Assembly (NCBI GenBank): GCA_965208675.1
Contig: OZ242351.1
Span: 2,560,001-2,624,000, forward strand
DNA from: Candidatus Poribacteria bacterium
GTDB taxonomy: Bacteria > Poribacteria > WGA-4E > PCPOR2b
Direction of reading: 5' to 3'
DNA length: 64,000 bases
Part shown: positions 48,702 to 58,194 of the stretch, one piece after another
How positions within the stretch are numbered: the first letter of the stretch is position 1
Layout: each line of letters opens with the position of its first letter
Notes under the pieces: generated by a model
The model's input: only the letters and a program-made list of their open reading frames with translations
The model's database searches: none
Told to the model about the DNA's origin: nothing
Program-made: the position numbers and the translations under genes

Positions 48702-48956
48702 ATCGGCGACTGAAACGTTTTGACGATCGGACAAAAAACTGTAAGCGGAGACATCGCAGTCTCGTCGACACAAGTAGAAATCCGTCACCATACAGAGGAA
48801 TATGGTATAATGTAGATGATTTGATGGTGCTCGCTATTCTGGTTTTGTCAACCCGATGACTTTATAACAAACTGTGTTCCTCGATATATAGCGATTATCC
48901 TAGTAGTTTCATTCGAGTCGTATTAGCGTACCGGTGCTGCCGTTAAGGAGTTTTGC

Positions 48957-50261
48957 ATGTTAAAAATTTTTGAAGCCTATACCGAAGAAGCGCAAGCGTT
49001 CATTAAACGGTTAAACCTGCGCGGACGACTCGACGATGAGGACATTTTGAAAACGGTACGCCGCATATTGCAAGATGTTCGTAAAAATGGGGACGCCGCC
49101 GTAATCAAGTATACACGCAAGTACGATGCGCCGAGAATAGCCGTAAAAGATTTACGCGTAAAAGCAAAGGAATTCAACGACGCACAGTCACATGTCGATC
49201 CAGAATTCATTGATGCGGTCAAGCTTGCCCGGCAGAATATCGAAAGATTTCATCGGAAACAGTTACGAAATTCATGGTTCACCGCCGAAGAAAACGGTGT
49301 CCTTTTAGGGCATATGATTCGCCCGTTGAAGCGTGTCGGCGTATGTGTGCCTTCTGTAAGTCAGCTATTGGTTTCGTCGCTCATCATGAACGTGGTTCCG
49401 GCAAAGGTTGCAGGCGTTGAAGAGATTGCCGTATTCATGGGCCCCATGCGGAATCGCAAGATTAATCCGCATATGCTTGTTGCAGCGGCGGAATGCGGCG
49501 TTCAGGAGGTTTACAAGTGCGGCGGCGCCCAAGCTGTCGCGGCAATGGCTTATGGAACGGAAACTTTGCCAAAAGTAGACAAGATTGTCGGGCCGGGAAA
49601 CTCTTTTGTCCAACTCGCCAAGAAGGAGGTCTACGGTATGGTCGACATTGACAAATTGGCGGGTCCGAGTGAAGTCCTCGTTATCGCCGACCAGAGCGCG
49701 GAACCGGCTTTCATCGCTGCAGATTTAATCTCTCAGGCAGAACACAGTGAAGATAGCTCCGCGATTCTTGTGACGCCGTCAAGAACGCTCGCAGAACAGG
49801 TTCGAAAAGAGGTAGAATTACAGACGAAAGTACTTCCGCGCCAGACTGAACTTACAAGCGCGTTTGAGAACCACAGCGCCGCGCTGGTCGTCCCCGATTT
49901 GGCGGAAGCAATCAATCTGGCGAATGCAATCGCTCCTGAACACGTTGAGTTGGAAGTGGAACGCCCATTTGAGTGGATTGGCGAAATTCGCAATGCGGGC
50001 GCAATTTTGGTGGGACCTTACACGCCGGAATCCGTCGGCGATTATATCGCGGGACCCAATCATATTCTTCCGACAGGGGGCGCCGCGCGATACGCTTCTC
50101 CGTTGAACGTGGACGATTTTCTTAAGAAGACAAGCGTAATCTCTTATACCGAGTCGGCTCTAAAAAAGGTGACGCCCGCGGTGGTCAAACTGGCGCAGGT
50201 GGAAGGCTTGGACGGGCATGCAGCCGCGATGACAACCCGGTTTGACAGGAATCAAGACTAA
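48957..50261 (+). CDS. hisD: Histidinol dehydrogenase
   Basis: GGAQAVAAMAYGTE, KIVGPGN, AGPSE, SQAEH, APEH, GDY.AGPNH.LPT. Confidence 0.96.
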   Translation: MLKIFEAYTEEAQAFIKRLNLRGRLDDEDILKTVRRILQDVRKNGDAAVIKYTRKYDAPRIAVKDLRVKAKEFNDAQSHVDPEFIDAVKLARQNIERFHRKQLRNSWFTAEENGVLLGHMIRPLKRVGVCVPSVSQLLVSSLIMNVVPAKVAGVEEIAVFMGPMRNRKINPHMLVAAAECGVQEVYKCGGAQAVAAMAYGTETLPKVDKIVGPGNSFVQLAKKEVYGMVDIDKLAGPSEVLVIADQSAEPAFIAADLISQAEHSEDSSAILVTPSRTLAEQVRKEVELQTKVLPRQTELTSAFENHSAALVVPDLAEAINLANAIAPEHVELEVERPFEWIGEIRNAGAILVGPYTPESVGDYIAGPNHILPTGGAARYASPLNVDDFLKKTSVISYTESALKKVTPAVVKLAQVEGLDGHAAAMTTRFDRNQD

Positions 50262-50335
50262 GTAAATCTTACAAACATCAACGATGGTGTTGCCTTCGCA
50301 TTTTAGCGGACGTGGTTTGCACAACGCCGTTTTTG

Positions 50336-51559
50336 CTATTCCACGATTGCCGTCACGACCCCAATGCCAAGCTTCACTCCCATCTTCTTGAGGTCAAACC
50401 TCGCACCTACGGATAATGCCATAGGGGTGTCAAGCGTGATTTTTACTGTCGCGTATTCTCCGGGGTTAATGACAGCAACGTCCGGCGGTAAACGTAGATG
50501 TCCGGTAATGTCGATAGTCCAGAGATGGATATCCGGTTTATCGTTTTCGACAAGCGGGATGTGAACGCCGCATTCCTCTTGGGTCATAACATAAACCGCA
50601 GCTTCAAAAACAGTATGCGACTTCATGGTCTTCGGATCGGATACAACCTGCCCGGGCGAAAGCCAGCCCGGTTCCGAATCAACCTGAACGACCTCCTGGT
50701 TTTCAACCGATTGATCGGCTTGTCCATTGTGCGGCGAAGGGGGAAGTTCTGCGTGGGAACGCATGGCTACACAGCGCGTTTTGATGAGATTGCCCTTGCC
50801 GACGATATGTACTGAATGGCCAACTGCAAGTCTGCCTTGAATAATCTCTCCATGAAGTGTTGACACACCGGTTTTCGGATCATCAGTCACTTCTCGAATC
50901 GGCAAAATCAGCGGCAGATCTGAGGTGCTTATCGGTTGCGGAATGCAACGGTTCAGTGCAAAGATAAGGTCCACAATTGGTTTCCAGTCACTGGAACTCA
51001 GATTATTCCCATTATATCTTAAAGCTCTCTCAGCATCTCCAATGATTATCGGGGATTTGGCTTCTACATAGCCATAAGCGGTAAGCGTTTCGCGAATCTC
51101 CATTTGACAGATTTCGATTAGCTCCGGGTCTTTGATAAGTTCTGCTTTGTTTAGAAACGCAACCACCGCCGGTATTCGAGTTTGGCTTGCAAGGCGAATC
51201 TGCGATTCTGTTTCAGTCGTCACGCCGTCAATCGCACTCACAACTAGAATCGCTCCTCCAACTTGCGGCGAACCGCTTATCAGCATCTTGACGTTATCCG
51301 CGTGGCTGATTGCGTCGATGTGCGTGTAATGCCTGCCGCTTGTCTCATAGTCGACTGCCTTATAACTAACGCCTAACCGCCCCCCGATTGAATGGTGAAT
51401 CGGTTGTTGCAAATCCAGATCATGCGCCAGTGATTGTGTCGAGCCAACCTTCGATACCACGTTTATGGTAGCAGCGGTCAGGGTAGTTTTTCCGTGACCC
51501 GCGCCCCCAAGTGTACAAATTGTCGATATTTGATGCCGGTGGTGCTTTTTTGTCTCCAT
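50336..51559 (-). CDS. Divergent elongation factor Tu-like paralog
   Basis: On the MINUS strand (CAT at 51557-51559; the ORF track labels it +). GHGKTTLTAA, YET..RHYTHID, GAILVVSA.DG, FLNK, H..FEA.VYV...EE.G.H.P domain III. Confidence 0.85.
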   Translation of the reverse strand: METKKHHRHQISTICTLGGAGHGKTTLTAATINVVSKVGSTQSLAHDLDLQQPIHHSIGGRLGVSYKAVDYETSGRHYTHIDAISHADNVKMLISGSPQVGGAILVVSAIDGVTTETESQIRLASQTRIPAVVAFLNKAELIKDPELIEICQMEIRETLTAYGYVEAKSPIIIGDAERALRYNGNNLSSSDWKPIVDLIFALNRCIPQPISTSDLPLILPIREVTDDPKTGVSTLHGEIIQGRLAVGHSVHIVGKGNLIKTRCVAMRSHAELPPSPHNGQADQSVENQEVVQVDSEPGWLSPGQVVSDPKTMKSHTVFEAAVYVMTQEECGVHIPLVENDKPDIHLWTIDITGHLRLPPDVAVINPGEYATVKITLDTPMALSVGARFDLKKMGVKLGIGVVTAIVE

Positions 51560-51804
51560 ATGGCTAACCTCTCATAACAAATCGTCACACCAATATAGAT
51601 GACCTGTGGTTAGTCAATTGAAATGATTCTCTGCGGAACAAGTATTACCGGTGATACTTCGTATCTCTCCCATTTAGTTACAGTTTTCTGTCCTGCGTTA
51701 ATTCAATTTCCCGCTGGCAATGATAGTCTGTAGTTTACCAGAGATAACAGTAGACATCAATCACAAACTCCTATGTCCAAGTATTCCGGACGGACGGATT
51801 TTTA

Positions 51805-51833
51805 TTGACATTGCCTTAAAATGTTGTTATTAT
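51805..51833 (+). promoter_or_regulatory. sigma70-like promoter
   Basis: TTGACA-17-TATTAT. Confidence 0.6.
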
Positions 51834-51946
51834 TCGCACGTTGTGTCTTGGAAACTACGATTCAAAAAGGGATTTGAATTTTCCATCAAATAAATGATTT
51901 AGAACGGCCTTATTCGATTCCAAGAATTGCAGATTGAGGTGAAAGT

Positions 51947-53800
51947 TTGAGGAAGTTTTGTTGTTGGCTGATAATATGTGTATTCTGCTCAATGGTGTTG
52001 CACGCGGCAGCGGAAATAAAGTGGGATGCTGAAAAATTTATGCCCCTGTCAGAAATTAAACCGGGCATGAAAGGAGAAGCGTACACCGTTTTTTCGGGAA
52101 CAACTGTCGAAAGTTTTCCCTTTGAAGTTGTTACCATCGAATACAATTCTTTGCCGCGGTGGCACGTGATTTGGGTTGAAGCGAGCGGGGATAATTATGA
52201 GAAGACCGGTGCTGCCGGCGGGATGAGCGGCAGCCCGGGTTATATCAAAGGACGACTAATCGGCGCCCTCTCGCTCGGCTATTTATACCAGCGGGAAGAT
52301 TCAAACCTCGTCGGCTTTACACCCATTGAATCTATGATTGAGGTAACGCGGCGCGGAATGCAACCGAATATGAGCTATTCCGGCGGTGGACTTTTTGGCG
52401 TTGGCATACATACCGCTTGGAAGCCGTTCGAGCCATTGCCTTCAGTTTCAGATGGTTTTTTTACAACTAAAGAGTCGCTGGAAACACAGTCCATTCCGAC
52501 GGTGGATAGCGGTTCGCCTCTGCTTCAGCTTCCGGTGGCGTTGCCTACGATGAATCCCCAAGTATTAGGATTCCTTAAACCAATTTTCGACAAACATCGG
52601 CTGGCGCCAATGCGTGGAACGGCTGGAGGATCGCCCGTTGAAAGCGCACCCATTGAGCCCGGCCAGATAGTCGGTATGGAATTTTCTCGAGGGGATTTCA
52701 CAGCTTTTGGTTACGGTACAATGACCTATATTGAAGGAAATCAGATAATCGGTTTCGGTCATTCAATGTTTGGAGAAGGTCATGTAAATCTCCCGCTTTC
52801 TGGAGGGTATGTCCATTTTATTCTACCCAGTATTACTCGATCGTTCAAAGTCGCATCCCCGACGAAACCGATAGGCACATTGGTGCAGGATCGCCAAACA
52901 GCCATCGCGGGTTTAACCGGACCGCATCCCAGTTTTATGCCGGTAAGCGCCAGCATTGAAACGACAGACGGGCAAACCCATCCAGTTCGGTATGAGGTGC
53001 TGCGCCATCGTGACTTATCGGCGGCGATCGCAATGACTGGGGTTTGGAATAGCATCAGCGCGCTTGAGATTGATAGCGGCGATCATACCATCAACATAAA
53101 TACGACAATTACACTCCAAGATCAGCCCAATCTCTCATCTCAAGAGATTGTGCGCAGCAATGTTTATTCATCCAGTTTTTCGCCGGGGTTTTGGGCGTTT
53201 CAGGCTTTTTCCCCGTTAGCAAGTCTAATTGGTAATCAATATGAAAAGATTGTGGTTAAAGGAGTTACCGTTGACATCAAAATTGAGGATAAGCGCAAAA
53301 CGGCGGTTATTGAAGCGGTTAGGATAAATAAAAATCGGTATCGCCCGGGTGAGCAAATTGAGGTGATGGTGACCCTTCGCCCTTATCTTGAAGCGCCAAT
53401 TATGCAAGTGGGGCACATTAAAATTCCGGATGACGCCCCTGAAGGATTATCCACACTCCTTGTTGCAAGCGCGGTGTCCCATGAAGCCTGGCAGCGAACC
53501 CGCGCCCCGCTGAACTACTACCCAAAAAATATCAATCAACTCATCCAACTGTTGCAACACAACCCTAGCAATAATAATATTATACTTGAGATTTTTATCC
53601 CGAAAATTGGCATGACTGTTCAAGGGCGAGAATTCCCGGAACTCCCTTTGTCTATGCTCTCGGTCATGAGTTCGCCCAGCCAGTCTGGTGAAGGAGGCTA
53701 CACGCGCGGGACTACCTTGCATATTCAAGATGTCCCGACGAAGTACGTTATCTCTGGTGGACAATTTGTACGATTCACCGTAGACCGAAACGCCCCATAG
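51947..53800 (+). CDS. SpoIVB/peptidase S55 domain secreted protein
   Basis: EIKPGMKG...TVFSG, GMSGSP, TPIE.M, FGH. Confidence 0.85.
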   Translation: MRKFCCWLIICVFCSMVLHAAAEIKWDAEKFMPLSEIKPGMKGEAYTVFSGTTVESFPFEVVTIEYNSLPRWHVIWVEASGDNYEKTGAAGGMSGSPGYIKGRLIGALSLGYLYQREDSNLVGFTPIESMIEVTRRGMQPNMSYSGGGLFGVGIHTAWKPFEPLPSVSDGFFTTKESLETQSIPTVDSGSPLLQLPVALPTMNPQVLGFLKPIFDKHRLAPMRGTAGGSPVESAPIEPGQIVGMEFSRGDFTAFGYGTMTYIEGNQIIGFGHSMFGEGHVNLPLSGGYVHFILPSITRSFKVASPTKPIGTLVQDRQTAIAGLTGPHPSFMPVSASIETTDGQTHPVRYEVLRHRDLSAAIAMTGVWNSISALEIDSGDHTININTTITLQDQPNLSSQEIVRSNVYSSSFSPGFWAFQAFSPLASLIGNQYEKIVVKGVTVDIKIEDKRKTAVIEAVRINKNRYRPGEQIEVMVTLRPYLEAPIMQVGHIKIPDDAPEGLSTLLVASAVSHEAWQRTRAPLNYYPKNINQLIQLLQHNPSNNNIILEIFIPKIGMTVQGREFPELPLSMLSVMSSPSQSGEGGYTRGTTLHIQDVPTKYVISGGQFVRFTVDRNAP

Positions 53801-53846
53801 TCCATTGCCAATCTTCAATTAGCCATTAAGAGGAGGAAGTTTCTTC

Positions 53847-55925
53847 ATGAGGCATTATCGTGTTCTTTGTCTGTTGGGATTCATAGCCATACTATTGGTT
53901 GCCGCAATTGGAACGGCGTTGGCAGTGAAAACGTCCGTGTGGGAACAATACCGCCATCGTGATTTTGAAGCCGGAACCGGTAAAGATGTATCGATTTCAA
54001 GCAAAAACGACGTCGTTTTGTCCCCTAAACTGGACGCTGTTTTCACAGATATAGAGCAGATTTACATTTGGTGTCTAGCCGAGGATTCTAAAGGAAACAT
54101 CTACGCGGGTACTGGCAATCAGGGGAAAATCTATAAGATTAATCCCGAAGGTCAATCATCGCTCTTTTACGACTCGCCAGAGGTTGCAATATTGAGTCTT
54201 GCTATAGACAAAAATGACAACCTTTATGCTGGCACGGCGCCTGATGGCTTAATTTATAAAATCTCCCAAGAAGGTGTTCCACCAAATACTCTTCTTAGTT
54301 CCGAGGAAAAGTTCGTTTTTGCGCTGACGTTTGATGATGCCGGAAATCTATATGCAGCGACGGGAACAAACGGCAAGATTTACAAAATCACGCCTGAGGG
54401 TGAAAACAGCGTCCTGTTTGACTCTGAAGAGAGTTCCATTATGTGCCTGCTGTACCACCAAGGCGCTCTGTACGCTGGAAGTGAGGGTAAAGGTGTCATT
54501 TACCGAATAACACCCGATGGATCGGTTTCAGTTGTATATCAGACGGGACAAAAAGAGGTCCGCACGCTGGTTGTAAATCCCCAAGGCACCATCTACGCTG
54601 GTACCGTCACAACTTCTCCACCGAAGCCGGGCGCACCGCCAAGCGGTCCTCCTCCGCCAGGCGCGCCGCCCGAAGAAAAGAAGTCACAGCTTTATCAGAT
54701 TAATCCTGACGGCGTGGTCTCCATGATTTGGGCGGCACCAGCCCCATTGATTCTGTCAATGGTTGTCGAAGCGGATAATCAACTCTTGGTTGGAACAGGG
54801 GACGACGGAAAGGTTTTTCGAGTCAATACGGATGGGGACTTTACGTTATTGGGAAAATGCGATGCAAGTCAGATTCTTGCAATGCACCGGAGCACAGATG
54901 GCAAACTCACCTTGGGAACAGGCAATGCCGGTAAATTCTTTGAACTGAAAATCGATCGCAATTCATCGGGAACACTAGAATCTGTAGCTCATGATACGCG
55001 ACTCATTTCGCGGTGGGGGAAATTATCGTGGGAAGGACTTTCGCCGGAAGGTACTTCAATTTCGTTCGCTACGCGTACGGGCAACACTGGAAAACCGGAT
55101 AACACTTGGAGCGATTGGTCAAGCGCACTGACAATCCCGGAAGGTTCTCAGATAACGAGTCCAACAGCACGATTCATCCAATGGCGTGCAACACTTACGA
55201 CGAGCGCTCCGTCAACGACTCCAATTCTAAAAAGAGTAGCTGTTGCATCTGTCCAATCAAATGTCGAGCCTCGTTTTACTTCAGTTGAGATTCATCGCGG
55301 AGATAAACCCAAAGGCTCCGGCAGACCCCCTGATGTAAGTCCTCCGGGAGAAAACAGAGCCCAAAGCCAAGCTGAAAGCAATAATGGGAAGCGGCGGGCA
55401 ACCTGGAAAGTAGAAGATGCGAACAATGATACCCTGCAGTTCACCATCTACTACAAAAGCATTGATGAGACAAATTGGAAACTACTCAAAAAGAAATTGG
55501 ATCAGCCTAACTACACCTGGGATACGACATCAATGCCCGACGGACGCTACACCCTGAAAATTCAAGCGACGGATAAGCTAAGCAACCCGCCTAGTTTCGC
55601 AAAAGCTTCTGAGAAAATCAGCGATCCTTTTGACATTGATAATACACAGCCAGCAGTAGGCAATATCGCTGCGACTGCCAACGGAGATGATACATTTCAA
55701 ATCGTGTGTTCGGTTGAGGACGCGATGAGTTATATTCAAAAGGCGGTTTATAAAATCGACAACGATGAACATTGGAAGGTCATGTTTCCGGCGGATGGAA
55801 TCTTCGATTCCAAGCGGGAAGAACTTATGGTTCAAACGGAGACACTGCCGGCCGGTGAACACATCATAACAATTCAGGCTACTGATGCAGAGGGAAATAC
55901 GTCTGTTGGGCGGGGGAAGTTCTGA
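53847..55925 (+). CDS. Secreted beta-propeller protein with C-terminal FN3/Ig-like domains
   Basis: Repeated D..GN.YAGTG..GKIYKI; RTGNT..PD.TWS.WS; PDGRY; P.DGIFDS. Confidence 0.8.
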   Translation: MRHYRVLCLLGFIAILLVAAIGTALAVKTSVWEQYRHRDFEAGTGKDVSISSKNDVVLSPKLDAVFTDIEQIYIWCLAEDSKGNIYAGTGNQGKIYKINPEGQSSLFYDSPEVAILSLAIDKNDNLYAGTAPDGLIYKISQEGVPPNTLLSSEEKFVFALTFDDAGNLYAATGTNGKIYKITPEGENSVLFDSEESSIMCLLYHQGALYAGSEGKGVIYRITPDGSVSVVYQTGQKEVRTLVVNPQGTIYAGTVTTSPPKPGAPPSGPPPPGAPPEEKKSQLYQINPDGVVSMIWAAPAPLILSMVVEADNQLLVGTGDDGKVFRVNTDGDFTLLGKCDASQILAMHRSTDGKLTLGTGNAGKFFELKIDRNSSGTLESVAHDTRLISRWGKLSWEGLSPEGTSISFATRTGNTGKPDNTWSDWSSALTIPEGSQITSPTARFIQWRATLTTSAPSTTPILKRVAVASVQSNVEPRFTSVEIHRGDKPKGSGRPPDVSPPGENRAQSQAESNNGKRRATWKVEDANNDTLQFTIYYKSIDETNWKLLKKKLDQPNYTWDTTSMPDGRYTLKIQATDKLSNPPSFAKASEKISDPFDIDNTQPAVGNIAATANGDDTFQIVCSVEDAMSYIQKAVYKIDNDEHWKVMFPADGIFDSKREELMVQTETLPAGEHIITIQATDAEGNTSVGRGKF

Positions 55926-56080
55926 GATTCATACTATCATAATCCAGCGCACCCCGCAGCAGGCGGAACGCGAGTTGTTCATACCGCAAACTTGAGAATG
56001 AGGAGTGCCTGCCTACATAGCTCTTTCGAAGATTGCCTCAGTCGGATTCGCCTCCCAAGCCGCAATTAAGTCACGCTAAT

Positions 56081-57130
56081 TCAGGTGCTTTCAAGATTAG
56101 GGCACAGACAGATTTTTCCGAAATTTTCTCTATTTTCAAGGGCGCGATGCGCCTCTGCCGCCGCTTGTAACTGCAGCACACGATCGACAATAGGGGATAA
56201 TTTTCCGCCCTCTGCAAGACGAATGATTGTGCGCAGTTCAGATGTTGATCCTAACGCCGATCCAAGAATGGTCAATTGCCGCTGATAAATCTTGCGAATA
56301 TTGATGCGTGCGGTATTTCCCGTCGTAACGCCGCACGTAACAAGCCGCCCATTTTTCGCAAGGCTCGCCATACTCTCCTCCCATGTCGCCGATCCAACAT
56401 GCTCAAACACAATGTCAACACCTCGATTATCTGTCATTTCCCGGACGGCTTTACTGAAATCGGTTTGTGTATAGTTAATTGTAAAATCTGCACCCATCTG
56501 CCGCGCACGCTCGAGCTTTTCATCCGTGCTGGCAGTAGCAATAACGGTAGCACCGCACAACTTGGAAATTTGCAGTGCTGCGCTGCCAACGCCGCTTCCG
56601 GCGGACAGAATAAGTACGCTTTCACCGGGGTGAAGCTGCGCCCGACTGATTAGCATGTGCCATGCGGTGAGGTAAGCCGTTGGAATTGCGGCAGCGTGTG
56701 CGTAGGCGAGCTCTGATGAGATTGGAATCACATTTTTGGCGGGGGCTTTGACATATTCTGCATAGCCGCCATTGGTTTGAAAACCCAAAATTTCTTGGAA
56801 GTCACACATGTTCTCATCGCCGTTGAGGCAATCCCTGCACTCGCCGCAAGAGATACATGGCGACAAAACAACACGATTTCCAACAGCAACATTGCGGACA
56901 TCTGAACCTACCTCCACCACGTCGCCGGCAATGTCCGATCCAAGAATGTGCGGGAACGGCTGAACCTCCGGACGATCGCGGCGCGCGGATATGTCGAGGT
57001 GATTCACCGCGCATGCTTTAACTTCAACCAATACTTCTGATGGGGCGATGACCGGAACAGGAACATCTTCATAAAGAAGTTTGTCTACGCCGCCCTGTTC
57101 GTAAAAAACGACTGCTTTCATATCGATCAT
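56081..57130 (-). CDS. Zinc-binding alcohol dehydrogenase/quinone reductase family
   Basis: C..C..C......C structural Zn, GGYAEY, AGSGVG, FGKI. Confidence 0.9.
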   Translation of the reverse strand: MIDMKAVVFYEQGGVDKLLYEDVPVPVIAPSEVLVEVKACAVNHLDISARRDRPEVQPFPHILGSDIAGDVVEVGSDVRNVAVGNRVVLSPCISCGECRDCLNGDENMCDFQEILGFQTNGGYAEYVKAPAKNVIPISSELAYAHAAAIPTAYLTAWHMLISRAQLHPGESVLILSAGSGVGSAALQISKLCGATVIATASTDEKLERARQMGADFTINYTQTDFSKAVREMTDNRGVDIVFEHVGSATWEESMASLAKNGRLVTCGVTTGNTARINIRKIYQRQLTILGSALGSTSELRTIIRLAEGGKLSPIVDRVLQLQAAAEAHRALENRENFGKICLCPNLEST

Positions 57131-57133
57131 TCA

Positions 57134-57949
57134 TCAACCATATGCTCCGCGCTCAAGGAAACCGAGGAGACGGCGCAGCCGTGGATTTGCATTTGTGTAG
57201 ATATTTTCAGGCATGATGTAATTCATAAACGGGTAGTATTTATGTCCGATTATTCGCCGGGCATAAGTAACTTGTGTGATGTAGCGCGTCCGTTCGCTTT
57301 GATTTGGCCCCCCGCGATGGCAAACTTGATTGTTGAACATCACAACGCTGCCAGCTGCTCCTAGATTGTAGTGAATCCGACTTTCCCATTCCGTGCCTTC
57401 CAACGCGGCAGGCAGCTGGGCGCCAAGCAGATGAGAACCTGGTATAACCTCTGTGCCGCCGTATTCTTTTGCGGTAACATCTGTCAAATAGTAATTCGCC
57501 GTAAAAAAAAGGACTGGCAGGTGCACGTTCGTAGGCGGCTCACCGTCATTGACAACATAGTGGGGAGCGTCGTCCTGATGCCAGTTCGTAATACCGCCCC
57601 CCGGAAGGCATCGAAAAGAATTATTGTGGATGACGTGACAGTTGGCAGCAACAAGCGCCTCGGCAAAACTAACAATGGGCTCAAGATCGAACAACCTGAG
57701 ATTGGCTTGACTGTGTTCGAACATCCGGTGGCACAGTTGGATTGTATTGCTAGTGATGTTGAGACCGTCCGGGTTTTCTTGCAGCGCCCAGTCTAAATCT
57801 TCACGCAACTCGGCACACCACGCTGGCGGCAGTACATTCTCAATAAACAAAAAACCGTTTCGGTGGAACTTTTCAACCCATTCCTGAATCATTTCCTCAC
57901 TGACAATTTGGTTGGCTAAGTAAGTTTCAGGCTCTGAAATTGCGCGCAT
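57134..57949 (-). CDS. Phytanoyl-CoA dioxygenase (PhyH) family Fe(II)/2OG oxygenase
   Basis: WHQD, YLTD, GGT.VIPGSH, HRGG.N...R. Confidence 0.88.
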   Translation of the reverse strand: MRAISEPETYLANQIVSEEMIQEWVEKFHRNGFLFIENVLPPAWCAELREDLDWALQENPDGLNITSNTIQLCHRMFEHSQANLRLFDLEPIVSFAEALVAANCHVIHNNSFRCLPGGGITNWHQDDAPHYVVNDGEPPTNVHLPVLFFTANYYLTDVTAKEYGGTEVIPGSHLLGAQLPAALEGTEWESRIHYNLGAAGSVVMFNNQVCHRGGPNQSERTRYITQVTYARRIIGHKYYPFMNYIMPENIYTNANPRLRRLLGFLERGAYG

Positions 57950-58194
57950 TTGAGATTCCCTTATCCGAATTGGATATGATTATGTGATAAATCTGGCAAG
58001 CTAGGGTTTGGGTAATGAGTTGAGAATCGGCATTAAACCCGATTTCGTGCGCCAAGAGGATACCATCAGATCCGGAAAAATTCAACAGATTTAATGATTT
58101 AAGCGAGACGCTATTCAATAAACAATCTGTCTTTCCCATCGTCTTATTAAAGCAATGCACCAAGATCCATGTACGTCGACGAAGGAATCAATCG

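Noticed and set aside
50336-51559. ORF-track entry giving the EF-Tu-like ORF as + strand
   Set aside because: The sequence has CAT at 51557-51559 and CTA at 50336-50338; the protein METKKHH... reads from the minus strand.
51613-51635. Fur-like site upstream of the EF-Tu paralog (TTGAAATGATTCTC)
   Set aside because: Only a partial match to the four-site consensus, in AT-rich DNA.
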